A stretch of DNA of 64,000 bases from Dehalococcoidia bacterium (GTDB taxonomy: Bacteria > Chloroflexota > Dehalococcoidia > Plut-88900), in the NCBI GenBank assembly GCA_965207225.1, contig CBDBLV010000004.1, positions 704,001-768,000 on the forward strand, read 5' to 3'. A program made the translations under genes and the position numbers. The notes under the pieces were generated by a model that made no database searches, was not told the origin of the DNA, and saw nothing but the letters and a program-made list of their open reading frames with translations. The first letter of the stretch is position 1. Each line of letters starts with the position of its first letter. This document shows, piece by piece, positions 30,112 to 40,799 of this stretch.

Positions 30112-32043
30112 ATGAACAATAGAAGCGACTACACCCCCGTGGCCCTCTACGCCAGGGTCTCCAGCGACAGACAGGACGTGGACCTGTCCGTGGCCGCACA
30201 GTTGCGGGCGCTCAGGGAATACGCCCAGAAGAACGACTACGTGGTCGTCCGCGAGTACGTGGACGAGGCCGAGAGCGGGCGCGTCGCCGACCGCCCGGAG
30301 TTCCGCAAGATGATCGACGAGGTCGCCAAGCCCGAGGCCCCGTTTAGAAAAATCCTTGTGTGGAAATTTAGTAGATTCACCAGAAAGCGCGAGCACGCCG
30401 TCGCCTTCAAGTCCATGCTCAGGCGAAAGGGCGTCCGCGTCGTCTCCATCACCGAGCAGGCCGACGACACCGCCACCGGCAGGCTCCTTGAGGGCATCAT
30501 CGAGTCCGTCGATGAGTTTTACTCGGAAAATCTTGCGGAAGAGGTTCGCCGTGGGATGCGGGAGGCCGCTTCCAGAGGCTTCTGGGTCGCCAGCCGGACG
30601 CCCTACGGCTACAACCGCGTCATGGTGCAGGACGGAGCCAAGAAGCGGCCCACACTGGAGATCGACCCTGACACTGCTCCCGTCGTCAAGCGCATCTTCG
30701 ACATGGCCGAGTCGGCCACCGGGATGACCGAAATCACCCGCACACTCAACGGCGAGGGCATCGCCAGCGCCACCGGCAAGCTCTGGTCCAAGAACGGCGT
30801 CCACTTCATCCTCAGAAACGAGGTCTACACGGGCACGCTGCTCTGGGGCACTACAGGGAAGGTCAAGTCCGACCCCGTACGCATAGAGAAGGCGTTCCCC
30901 GCCGTCGTCTCCAAGGCCCAATTCAACCGCGTCAAGCGGCTCATGCGCTCCCGCGCCCCCAAAAGGAACCACCCCCGCAGGGTGGGAAGCTCCTACCTGC
31001 TCAGCGGGCTGGTCAGGTGCAAGTCCTGCAACAGGGCGCTCTCAGGCCAGGACGCCAAGAGCGGCCAGTTCGCCTACTACGTCTGCCAGTCCATCATGAA
31101 GCGGGGCAAGAACGCTTGCACGACCCCCAGGCTCAACGCACGACGCTTCGAGGAGATGGTGGTGGAGAGGATACGGGAGAACGTCCTCACCGAGTCCAAC
31201 ATCACCGAACTGGTCAAGATAGTGGACGAGGAGATGGATGGGGTCGCCGCCGAGCAGCGGCAGAAGCTGGAGACCATCGAGGCCGAGCTTGATGAGGTCA
31301 AGCGCAAGCTGGGCCGCGTCTGGCACCTGGTGGAGAACACCGACCTCGACATGGCCGACGCCTCGGAACGCATCAGGGAGCACCGGGAGCGTCAACAGCG
31401 CCTTGAGGACTCGGCGGCCGAGGCCAGGACCATCCTCTCCCAGCGCAGGGAGGTGCTGGACGACGTGGAGACCATCGCGGCCTATGCCCAGGACATGAGC
31501 GAGTTCCTGAAGGAGAGCGAACTGACCGAGCGCAGGGCCTTCATCGAGTCTTTCGTCAAGGAGATCGTCGTCATGCCCGACAACGCCCTCCTCCGGTACA
31601 CCATCCCCATGCCTCAGGATGGACCGGTAGGAGGGAGAAACGCCGAGGAGATGGCCCTGAACGGCTCGGTTCTGTCTACCGTCAAAAATGGTGGACTGGA
31701 CTTGACGAAATCAAGAACCGAGGCCGATTCCTTCGTCACGCCGTCGCTGGGCATGGGGACCGTGTACGTCAGGGTCGCCTCGTCTCCGACCACCTCGATA
31801 CTCTCAACGAAGTTGCGGATGAGCGCCTTGCGCTCGGGGATCGTCCCTTCCTTCAGGAACTCCCTGAAGTCCGCCACGTACTCCCGAATCACGTCGGTTG
31901 TGGGCAGTTCCACCCTGCGCTGCTCAAGTCGGGTCTCCGCGTCCTCCCGCGCAGCCTCAAGCTGCTCCTCGCGGTGCCTTAGAGACATGATGCGGGGCGA
32001 CAGCGCCTCAAGGGTCAGATCGCTCGTCTCGATGGCCTCGTAG
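30112..32043 (+). CDS. Large serine recombinase 1 (ICE1 integrase); conserved part ends at attR, then reads through
   Basis: YARVSS catalytic motif, recombinase domain, CxxC...YVC...C zinc ribbon, coiled coil. Confidence 0.95.
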   Translation: MNNRSDYTPVALYARVSSDRQDVDLSVAAQLRALREYAQKNDYVVVREYVDEAESGRVADRPEFRKMIDEVAKPEAPFRKILVWKFSRFTRKREHAVAFKSMLRRKGVRVVSITEQADDTATGRLLEGIIESVDEFYSENLAEEVRRGMREAASRGFWVASRTPYGYNRVMVQDGAKKRPTLEIDPDTAPVVKRIFDMAESATGMTEITRTLNGEGIASATGKLWSKNGVHFILRNEVYTGTLLWGTTGKVKSDPVRIEKAFPAVVSKAQFNRVKRLMRSRAPKRNHPRRVGSSYLLSGLVRCKSCNRALSGQDAKSGQFAYYVCQSIMKRGKNACTTPRLNARRFEEMVVERIRENVLTESNITELVKIVDEEMDGVAAEQRQKLETIEAELDEVKRKLGRVWHLVENTDLDMADASERIREHRERQQRLEDSAAEARTILSQRREVLDDVETIAAYAQDMSEFLKESELTERRAFIESFVKEIVVMPDNALLRYTIPMPQDGPVGGRNAEEMALNGSVLSTVKNGGLDLTKSRTEADSFVTPSLGMGTVYVRVASSPTTSILSTKLRMSALRSGIVPSFRNSLKSATYSRITSVVGSSTLRCSSRVSASSRAASSCSSRCLRDMMRGDSASRVRSLVSMAS

Positions 32044-33260
32044 AGCCTATCGAGTCGCCTCCTCACGTCCGATAGCTCCGCCTCGACGACCTCCAGCCTG
32101 CCGGATATCTCTCCGGCCATGGCGTCGACCTCCTCCGCCACCATCGTCACAAGCTCGGTGATAGTCTCCTCGTTGAGGATGCGCTCCCTGATCTTCTCGA
32201 CGATGAAGTCCTCGACCTTCGGGGCGCTCAGGTAGCGGGCGCTGCATGTACCCGCACCTTCGGTGGATAGAGTGCCGCAGATGTAGTAGGCGAACTGGCC
32301 GCTCTTGGCTCCCTGCGCGCGATAGGACTTGCCGCAGACACCGCACCTGAGCAGGCCGCTCAGGAGATACTTGCTCCCCACCCTGCCGGGCCTCTGCATC
32401 TTCGGGGCGCGCTCGCTCATCGCCTGCTGCACGTCGTCGAACAGTTCCCTCGATACCAGCGCGGGCCACGCTCCCTCAACCCTCACCGGGTCGGCGGCTT
32501 CTCCGGCCTTGCTGGTCTTGCCCCATACGGCGGTTCCCGTGTACGCCTCGTTTCTCAGAACATAGTGGAGCGTTCCCTTGTACCAGCGCTTGCCCCTGTT
32601 CGTGATGCCTCGGTCGTTCAACTCCTTGCATATCTCCTTGAGTCCGCTGCCCCGCAGGGACTTCTCGAATATCTCCTTCACCACAGGAGCGGTGGCCGGG
32701 TCAACCTCCAGCGTGGGTCGCTCCTTCGCCCTGTCCCGCACCTTGATCTTCCTGTACCCGAAGGGGGCGTTGGAGCCGAGGAAGAAGCCCCGTGACGCGG
32801 CCTCCCTCATCCCCCGGACGACCTCCTGCGCCAGGTTTTCCGAGTAATACTCGTCCACGCTCTCGATGATGCCCTCGAGCAGCCTGCCGGTCGCGTTGTC
32901 CTCGGCCTGCTCGGTGATGGACACCACGCGGATGCCCTTGCGCCGCAGCTGGGCCTTGAAGGCCACGGCGTGCTCGCGCTTGCGGGTGAAGCGGCTGAAT
33001 TTCCAGACGAGGATGACATCGAAGGGAGCCTTGGGCTTGGAGCCCTCCTCGATCATCTCCCTGAACTGCGGCCTGTCGGCGACGCGGCCGCTCTCGGCCT
33101 CGTCCACGTACTCGCGGGTCACGGAATAACCGTTGGCCTTGGCGTACTCCTTGAGCGCCCGTAGCTGGGCGGATACGGACAGGTCCACGTCCTGCCGGTC
33201 GCTGGACACCCTGGCGTACAGGGCCGCCGGCGTGAGCGGCTGCAGGTGCTTCTTCTTCAT
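31614..33260 (-). CDS. Large serine recombinase 2 (ICE2 integrase)
   Basis: Close paralogue of recombinase 1; AAGGAGG RBS before ATG 33260. Confidence 0.95.
   Translation of the reverse strand: MKKKHLQPLTPAALYARVSSDRQDVDLSVSAQLRALKEYAKANGYSVTREYVDEAESGRVADRPQFREMIEEGSKPKAPFDVILVWKFSRFTRKREHAVAFKAQLRRKGIRVVSITEQAEDNATGRLLEGIIESVDEYYSENLAQEVVRGMREAASRGFFLGSNAPFGYRKIKVRDRAKERPTLEVDPATAPVVKEIFEKSLRGSGLKEICKELNDRGITNRGKRWYKGTLHYVLRNEAYTGTAVWGKTSKAGEAADPVRVEGAWPALVSRELFDDVQQAMSERAPKMQRPGRVGSKYLLSGLLRCGVCGKSYRAQGAKSGQFAYYICGTLSTEGAGTCSARYLSAPKVEDFIVEKIRERILNEETITELVTMVAEEVDAMAGEISGRLEVVEAELSDVRRRLDRLYEAIETSDLTLEALSPRIMSLRHREEQLEAAREDAETRLEQRRVELPTTDVIREYVADFREFLKEGTIPERKALIRNFVESIEVVGDEATLTYTVPMPSDGVTKESASVLDFVKSSPPFLTVDRTEPFRAISSAFLPPTGPS
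31668..31719 (+). other. attR of ICE1 (hybrid site; core TGGTGG 31689-31694)
   Basis: GGTTCTGTCTACCGTCAAAAA-TGGTGG-ACTGGACTTGACGAAATCAAGAACC at the overlap of the two recombinase genes. Confidence 0.9.
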
Positions 33261-33322
33261 GCTGTCCTCCTTGCCAAAGTCATCCATCTCAGCGAGTCGT
33301 CGTTCATTACCAGCGTGAACTT

Positions 33323-34159
33323 CTACCCACTGGCGAGCGCAGGATCCCTGCTTGCTTGCTCAGCCTCAAGGACTTCCAAGATCGCGGATGCCTTGTACAT
33401 GTAAGAGATTCCCGAATGTGTATCTTTGCCGGCTGGCAAGTGGCCAGCGTTAATGCCTACAAGCTTCAGGTCGCGGAATCCAGGGAAGGAGATGCCCTTT
33501 CCTGGTTTAGGCCCTTTCTGGAGTGCAAACACAGGGCTGCCTGATGAACCACCGTACGAAAACGCTTCGTAGGCGATGCATTCACCTTGATATTTGGATG
33601 ATGGGTAGTAGTCGTATCTGGGATCGCTTGATATTGTACCCGTTCGGAGTATTGGACGTCGCTGATATTTGTCATGCCACTCTGGGAATCCAGGGAAGGC
33701 CACGAAATCACAGACACTAAACTCTGATTCAAAGTCCATCCTCGTTGCGAGTAGGTCTTGAGGGATCCAATAATCAATCCTTATGTCCGAAGATCCCTTA
33801 GTCGAAGCCACAGCCGGTTCAATCAGACACGCAATGTCATTCTTTGGGACGCTGGAGTAGCTGATCCGCGTGCGGTCGATAATCACTTGCAGATCAATGT
33901 CGATGCTGGGTAGGCCAGATGCGACGTCGGTACCCTTGCCAAGAACGCGCAACTGTTGAAGCGAGTATCCGGCATACTGCGGATCCGCAAATCCTAGGTC
34001 GAGGACGTGTCGGTTTGTTACAAGTGCGGGTCTCGAGTTATCGCTCTGTACCCAGAAACCCGTTCCGGCGCATCTAACCTTGTCACCTTTGCCGCTAATG
34101 AATGTACAGACAAGCTGGTATGCGGAATACAGAAATCTGTTGTCAAGACCGTGGAACAT
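33323..34159 (-). CDS. Trypsin-like serine protease (no signal peptide)
   Basis: GTGF, VTNRHV, NDIA, GGSSGSPV catalytic triad motifs; lower GC. Confidence 0.85.
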   Translation of the reverse strand: MFHGLDNRFLYSAYQLVCTFISGKGDKVRCAGTGFWVQSDNSRPALVTNRHVLDLGFADPQYAGYSLQQLRVLGKGTDVASGLPSIDIDLQVIIDRTRISYSSVPKNDIACLIEPAVASTKGSSDIRIDYWIPQDLLATRMDFESEFSVCDFVAFPGFPEWHDKYQRRPILRTGTISSDPRYDYYPSSKYQGECIAYEAFSYGGSSGSPVFALQKGPKPGKGISFPGFRDLKLVGINAGHLPAGKDTHSGISYMYKASAILEVLEAEQASRDPALASG

Positions 34160-34251
34160 GGTGCCTCCAAGTAAGGAATGCAGGCCACGCCATTCCCGAG
34201 CGGGGATGACCCGGCTTGGAGAGTAGTGTTTCAGCTATCGTGCAGTAGTAG

Positions 34252-34563
34252 CTATGAAACATCCTTATCCTCCCCCACATGGGAGAAGTTGGTGATGGCG
34301 ACCTCTCCCTCGGGAAACTCGGCCACGATCTTCAGCTTCCCGCCAACAGCCTCGATGTATGACCGCAGACTGGACACGTACACGTCGGCCCTATGCTCCA
34401 GCTTGGACACGGCGGGCTGGTTCACCTTCAACAGCTTCGCCATGTCACGCTGGGTCAGCGCCCGCGCCCGGCGAAGCTCGCGCAGCGGCGTTTCGGCGAT
34501 GCGCCGTCGGCGCTCCGGCGTGAAGTCCCTGGTCAGCTCGCTGACCGGGCGGCGTCCACTCAT
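34252..34563 (-). CDS. XRE HTH antitoxin
   Basis: LTQRDMAKLLKVNQPAVSKLE...LRSYIEAVGG. Confidence 0.85.
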   Translation of the reverse strand: MSGRRPVSELTRDFTPERRRRIAETPLRELRRARALTQRDMAKLLKVNQPAVSKLEHRADVYVSSLRSYIEAVGGKLKIVAEFPEGEVAITNFSHVGEDKDVS

Positions 34564-34800
34564 TCGACCAGCCCCTCCTTGCTCAGTTCTTCCACATGCT
34601 CATCATAGCTGTCGTCGGCCACCGGAGTGTACTCCTAGGAATAACTGGTCTTGCCTGTCCTGTCTCCTCCGATGAGCAGGACTGACGTTCACCTGGGGTC
34701 GTGGTCCGCCAAGATCTTGACCTTGGCGGTCACTCCGCCCTGCCAGCCTTCCGAGACCTCCCGCCGCCGCTGCCCGAACTCGTCCGTGTTCCCGACCTTC
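34560..34800 (-). pseudogene. Degraded RelE-like toxin
   Basis: Remnants such as VLLIGGD(K)TG and PVADDSYDEHVEELSKEG abutting the antitoxin start. Confidence 0.6.
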
Positions 34801-34925
34801 CAGGGAACATATGTATTATATTCCTATAACGGAATTAAATGCAATGAAGGGAACTGATCTGAGGCCGTGGAACTCTCCCGATCCAGCATCTGCCTATGAA
34901 TCGAATGTTGTATTGACCGCGCCAC

Positions 34926-35450
34926 TCATCTGACGAATGCATAGGTTGGCTCCAGCGTGTCCGGGCTGCGCCATGCCCTCCCCAGCGGCCCCGCGTTCTC
35001 CAGCGCTTCCCTGGAAGAGACCCACAGGGGCAGCTTAACGCTCGCGCGTTCCATCTCCCTTCGGGCAACGCCGAGGAAGTTCGCCTCCGCAAGGGAGTAT
35101 TCGAACACGATCAGCGCCAGCGGGCGTTCCCCGTGGTCGTCCAGCGGACGGTTGGAGGAGTAGTAGCGCAGGTATGGGGCGAGGCGGGCGGCCATGGTGG
35201 AGGGGTTCAGCGCCCTGCGCTCCCATTCGAGGAAGAAGGGCTTGGACTGCCCATTGGCGCGCACCACACCGAAGGCGTCGGGGTGGATGGAGCGCAGGCT
35301 GCCCGCAAATCTGAAGTGCCGGGCGGCGTGATGCGGCGGGGACAGCTGCGAGACCGCGCAGTTTGGCGTCCCTTCCGCCTGCCGGGCCAGCGCCGCCATG
35401 AAGCGGTGCACCGCCCGCGTGTGGTCTATGGCACGGGCCAAATGAAGTAG
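34926..35450 (-). pseudogene. C-terminal remnant of the ICE2 Replic_Relax relaxase
   Basis: HPDAFG, FFLEWERRA, LAPYLRYYSS match the last third of 26644-28305. Confidence 0.88.
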
Positions 35451-35597
35451 TTCCACTGAATCCCCCGCGTGGCTCGGGCTCAAATATAAACCTCTGGTTA
35501 TTATTCACGAGCCTACCTTAAGGGCGGACATAGCCTATGGTATGGGATGCTGACCAATGCGACACACTTTTCTGCCAAGTTACTTCAGTTCAGAACA

Positions 35598-37143
35598 CTA
35601 GCACTCTAGGCCCAGACCTGAATAAACGCACATATTGAAATCGAATATAGTCGTCGCCTCGTTTCCTCCACCATCTCGCGCGGTTATAGTGACACTGTGT
35701 TTGTGCAATCCGCGTCCAGGCCAAGGCAACTCGGTGACCGGGAAAGTCACCCACCCGCTAACGCTATCTATTTCAAATTTGCCGACCAGTATCCCTTCTG
35801 AGTGGTATTCAACTTCCTCAGGTGAGACTGAGTACTCTACCATGCCACCATCCGGATCCACTGCATTTACGGTGCCAAGATCCCAGACTACGAAGCATCT
35901 TGGGCTCCGCCTGTCGCAACGTGTATGGAATTCATAGAAGGGTCTCTCAAATCTGGGGGGTTCGTCCACATTGACCAAGTTGACAACTACCAATGCAGTA
36001 TCATCCATGACCTTGTCTATCTCGCCGTATCCATCCAGACGATGGGATTCTTCTACCATGAACTCCAGAACGGTTGGGCCGTTGTCATAGTCTTCACCCA
36101 CGCCATCATAGATTATCTCACCCGATCTCCCATTGACCTTGAATCTCCCCTCAAGATCGTCTGAGACCGAGTAAGATACGACATCATCGTTAGGGTCGGA
36201 CGCTTGCAGTTCTCCTAGCGCCACGTCAGTGGCGTTCTCAAGCAAATCAAAGTAGAAAATCTTAGTTGAGAATGTAGGTGGATGGTTATGCGGAGTTGGT
36301 GTAGGGGTAGGTGTTGGCATAGGTGTAGGGGTAGAAGTAGGGACGGGCGTGGGCGTCAGAGTAGGTGCCGGCGTGGGCGTTGCAACATCAAGATTGAAAA
36401 CCAAACTCTCCTTCAGTGAAGGCAGCCTGCGTTCCAGTTCAGATACGGAAACTGCGAACCCTATGCTGCTCACTGGCCTACCGGCATCGGTTTCCTCTAT
36501 TCTGAAACCGTTGACACCGATCATCTCACCATCGCTGTTGATGAGCGGACCTCCGCTGTTGCCAGGGTTAATGGCCGCATCCGTCTGTATCAACTCAACT
36601 CCGTTTGAAGTCCTGGTAGATGAGATGATTCCACGCGTGACGGTCAGGCTCGTACCGATACTTTCCGCAATTGGGAAGCCGAGTGCAAGCACCTCGTAAC
36701 CTACGCGCGCTCCATCAGGGCCTGCAACCGTGAGAGCATCAAACCGATCGTCACCCTCTATCTTCACGAGTGCCAGGTCTGCCGTTGCTTCCTGTTCTAG
36801 AACCCGCCCATCATAGCGGCGTCCATCCGCGAGCCAGACACTTACCACGCTCTCACCAACGACGATATGCTCGCTGGTTATGACCAAGCCGTCTGAATGG
36901 ACGATGGATCCCGAGCCACTGACACCATTTGTAGTGATCCGCACTACTCCGCCCTGAACCCTCTCAATGAGTTCCGCCAGTGACGCCTTTCCCTCATCCG
37001 ATGATTTGGATATCGTCCACGACTTCAACCGATGCAGACGTGTTTGTCTCCGATCCACACCCAGTGATAATGACTATGAGTATCACAACCATCAGCAGTA
37101 CTATGCTGCCAGCGATCGGAGAGGTAGATTTCATCTCAGTCAT
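35598..37143 (-). CDS. Lipoprotein trypsin/HtrA-like protease with cadherin-like domains (frameshift near 37000)
   Basis: Lipobox ITGC in the upstream frame; IQTDAAINPGNSGGPL; PT linker; ASDPND/VDEPPRF cadherin motifs. Confidence 0.82.
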
Positions 37144-37394
37144 TCCCCCTTCTGTCCGATTCTCAGAAACTCGCCGCCAGTATAAGTATCTATTCCAAGC
37201 CGGAAACATCGCAGATTATACACGATAGAATGTAAAATTGGCGTGAGAATTACGGCCAATTTGCATGAGTTTATTGTGATTTTAGCGTCAGGTCTGCCTC
37301 ATTTGCCCAGGCAGCGTCCAATCCGACTCCCCATTCAACGGTCTGTCATGCAACGCGGCCAAGGGTTCTCCGCAGCCACGTAGAGCGGTAAGGG

Positions 37395-37670
37395 ATGGGC
37401 CGGAACGACGTCCAAGAACGGGAGATGCTGGCCCTCAGGAAGGGCAAGGCCGACCTGGAGACGCTGATCGACACCTCTCCCATGGGCGTGGTGGTCTTCG
37501 ACGCCAGGTCGGGAGCGCCGGTCTCCGTCAACCGGAAGATGAAAAGGATCGTGGATGGTCTGCGCAATCGGGACCAGTCAACTGAGCGCCTCTTTGAGGC
37601 GCTGACCGTCTGCCGCGCCGACGGCAGGGAGGCCTCTCTGGAGGAGCTGTCCCCAGGCCCAGGCGCTGGG
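37395..37670 (+). pseudogene. PAS-domain fragment of a sensor kinase
   Basis: DLETLIDTSPMGVVVFDARSG..VSVNR...RADGRE. Confidence 0.65.
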
Positions 37671-37934
37671 TGCGGGACTGACCTCGCGCAGGGCCAGGTC
37701 AGTGACGTCGACGGCTACCGTGTTGGCTCAGGCGGAATCGGCGCTCATGTCAGCGCTAACTCTGGACTGACCCGGCAGCGCCTCTGATCGCGCGCCCAGC
37801 CGTATGATCGGTGGGCGTTGGGGCCGGACGAACTGCACGACCCTGCGGCAGTGGTCCAAGCCTGGGTGAGTGAACCCGACCTCCTACTCCTCTCCTGGAC
37901 GGGCGATGCGGAGTTGTGATCTCCGGGTATATCA

Positions 37935-39955
37935 GTGAATGGACCGGTTCCGGCAAGAATTGTAGAAGTGCAAGTCAGCGAGTGGATGGCTCCAGCCACG
38001 TCACTGCCACACCGGAGCAAGTAGTCCCGAGGGGCCGTCGGAGCCGCCTCAGAGACCAGATGTGATGTATTACCCGTGTACAGGGATTTGCGACAGTTGT
38101 AGAAATGCAAGTCGGAGGCGATTTGAACCTGAAACGGCCCCCAACCGAAGGGGGTTGCCACATCGCGGCAAGAGATCCGGTGAATGGGCGGGTTCCGGCG
38201 AAGGTTGCAGAAATACAAGTCGGAAGACCGGGCTGTGGGTGCGGAGGGCGGCCACGTCTGAGCTACGTCCGAGCAGGCGATTCCGGGGCTGCGCGCAGAC
38301 CACTCAGAGGATCGGCCGTCTGGCGAGCCTTTGGCGGCGTAGCGCCCGTGTACAGACGATCTCCCAGGACGGCGAGTCGCGCCAAGGTCGAATTCGGAGC
38401 GCACGGGTCAGCCTGTCGCATCGGACCACGCAATGTCATTCCGGGGTTCCCACCACCCCTGCGGGACGGTCCCAGCCATGAGATGGGGAAGATGGAACAT
38501 GGACGGCGAAGGGCGGCGTATGGGACCGGGAGAAACCGGGAATCCGCGCTGGCGGGAACGTCGAAGGGCTGACGGCGTTGGATGGGACGATACTGGGTCT
38601 GGGCAATCCGGGCGCTCAACTCAGACATGGCGCGCGTGCCCGGGATCGCACAGAGGCCCCCCTCACAGGGTCAGCCGTCAAGAGGGCCTCTGGCGGCGCC
38701 CTACCCGTGTACAGGCGATCGATTGGAACGGCAAGTTGCATGTTGGGCGATTTCGTAGCTGAAAACGGGGTGAGTCGGCCAATCTGCCACATTGGAGCAA
38801 GCGATTCGATTCCGGGGCTCGTTCCACGGTGGCTGGACAGTCGCAGCTACGAAAGTGGACAAAGCGCCGGTGGCCTGACCGGGCGGGAGTGGACAGCCGC
38901 AGCTACGAAAGTGGACAAAGCGCCGGTGAGGGCTGGGGACGCGCTGAGAACGGGGTTCGAGGCCGCAAATCCGGCCGCTCTGTCCCCGCGCTCGGCCTAC
39001 GCGGGCGGTCAGAGAGAAGCGCCGATACGGGACGCCGCAGGTCTGATGCGTCAGACTACAATCACCCAAGGCGACAATCGCCCCCTGAGGCTTGTAAGGA
39101 GAACCGGAATACATTGCAGAGTGCAATCTAGGTGAGAATCGTACCTCTCTGAAGGGGAATAAGGGGAGGCCCGAAGGGGATCCTGCAAGTGAATTAACTG
39201 CGGGTCCGTGTCGGATTTATTGTAGTGATTGTATTGCGCTTATTGTAGTTTCGGACGCCTGGCGGCTGACCGTGACGAGCCTGTCGCGAATGGGTCTAAG
39301 CGTTCCGGCGACAGCACGAATGTCCGCCTGTCGGACGCCTCCTTGCTGGACCTGCTGGACGCCCTGGTCAATGACCGGGGCAGGGTCGGCGCGGCGGAGG
39401 CCCCGGGGGTGAACTGCCGCATGTTGGCGGCGCGCTGCGACTCCCGCCGCGTATCCCGGCGTAGTGGACCGCGGACGGTCTCCCGGGCGAGGATGCGCAG
39501 CCCGCGCTGGCGGGTCTCACGCGGCCCGTCTATGGATGCCTTCCGCTGGCCCTTCTCAGCCCGCTCCTCGCCGCGGCTCTCGACGCCAAGCGGATGGGAC
39601 TGCGCTGGGCCCGGCGGGTCTGTCTCTCAGCTTGGGCATGGGGCGCGAGCGGGATCGCCGACGCTCCCGGGCACGCGCAGAGGCCCCCCTCCCGAGGCCT
39701 GATATTTGGAGCGCCCGTTGTGGTGTACTACCCGTGTACAGGAGATCGATCGGAACGACAACTTGCGGGGAGAGCGATTTCGTAGCTGAAATCGGGGTGA
39801 ATGGGGCATCCCGCCACATCGGAGCAAGCGCTTCGTATCCGGGGCGGGTTCCACGGGAACCGGACAGCCGTAGCTTTGGAAATTGACAAACGTCAATCGC
39901 GGGCGGGACGCGAAAGTGGACAGCGGCAGCAGTGGAAATTGACAGACGTCAATCG
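37935..39955 (+). repeat. Cluster of degenerate non-coding modules with CCCGTGTACAG cores and module-specific direct repeats
   Basis: Cores at 38073, 38345, 38704, 39731; repeats at 37960/38097/38205, 38834/38890, 39877/39933. Confidence 0.8.
39290..39465 (+). pseudogene. Remnant of a third HTH/coiled-coil paralogue
   Basis: LLDLLDALVNDRGRVGAAEAPGVNCRML...SRRVSRR aligns with the N-termini of 16416-17261 and 39966-40799. Confidence 0.65.
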
Positions 39956-39965
39956 GGAGAGCGAG

Positions 39966-40799
39966 ATGGCGAAAGAAGAGGAGTTCTACCCCGATTCCAG
40001 CCGGAGCCTGGAGAGTCTCCGGCTGGTGCGGCTCATGGCGCTGCTGCGGGACATGATCGAGGCCGAGGACAGGACGAAGGCGGCAGAGCGTCTGGGCGTC
40101 AGCTACCGGACCGTGTCCAGGGCCATCGAGTCTGGCAGGCTGACCGCGCGGATGAGCGCCGCGCTGGAGCGACACCTGCTGCTGGGGGGCGGCTCGGCAG
40201 CCGCGCGGCAGCGTGAGAGGGTAGAGGCTCTTACCGAGCGTGTGGCGTCGCTGGAGGAGAGGCTTGGGACTAGCCTCGAAGCGATTGAGAGCAGATGCGA
40301 GACGACCGGGGAGGAGCAAGCGAAGGCCATCCGGCAACTGGAGCGCCGGCTGGAGCGGCTGGAGTCGGCGAATGACGCGGGAGGAGCGTCGACAGATGCC
40401 GATCCGGACGAGAGACCAACGCCCGCGCCGCCGTGGAGGGAGTACCGCGAACTGGTGACTGAGGAGGCCGAACCCGGCGAGGAGGGTGTGTACGGCGAAG
40501 CCACGCCACTTATCGTGGAGTGGCGCAGGGCAACGGTCGAGCGCAAGCGGACCGCGGCGACTGGTACGGCGCTGGAGAGGGTCGAGGCGAGGATACGCGC
40601 GCTGGAGCTGGAGATAGAGCTGATCGACACCCACGAGCTGACTCTGCCGCCCGACACGTACCCCTGGGACCGGTCGGACCGGCGCGAGCAGCTCCGGCGC
40701 AGGAGGCGGTCTCTGGAGAACGCGCGCGTGGAGCGAAGCCGGGCGCTGCTGCGGCGGTGGCTGCGGCGCGTTCTGACCTTCGGACTGTGGAGGAAGTAG
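39966..40799 (+). CDS. HTH plus coiled-coil conserved ICE protein (ICE2 copy)
   Basis: Paralogue of 16416-17261 (GSAAARQRER, LELELI..H.LTLPP). Confidence 0.85.
   Translation: MAKEEEFYPDSSRSLESLRLVRLMALLRDMIEAEDRTKAAERLGVSYRTVSRAIESGRLTARMSAALERHLLLGGGSAAARQRERVEALTERVASLEERLGTSLEAIESRCETTGEEQAKAIRQLERRLERLESANDAGGASTDADPDERPTPAPPWREYRELVTEEAEPGEEGVYGEATPLIVEWRRATVERKRTAATGTALERVEARIRALELEIELIDTHELTLPPDTYPWDRSDRREQLRRRRRSLENARVERSRALLRRWLRRVLTFGLWRK

Larger units (their letters stand above)
5009..31694. mobile_element. ICE1: 26.68-kb integrative conjugative element
   Basis: Direct TGGTGG cores within hybrid att sites; carries serine recombinase, VirB4, VirD4, VirB6-like, pilins, relaxase, regulators, TA pairs and adhesins. 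Confidence 0.88.

Noticed and set aside
4989-31719. Invertible segment (shufflon) between inverted arms
   Set aside because: Arms are inverted but the asymmetric TGGTGG cores are direct, which predicts excision; only excision restores both palindromes and both tails
31695-32043. Genuine extra C-terminal domain of recombinase 1
   Set aside because: It is antisense read-through of recombinase 2 created by the att junction
37935-39955. CRISPR array
   Set aside because: Repeats are degenerate, irregularly spaced and of several types; no cas genes
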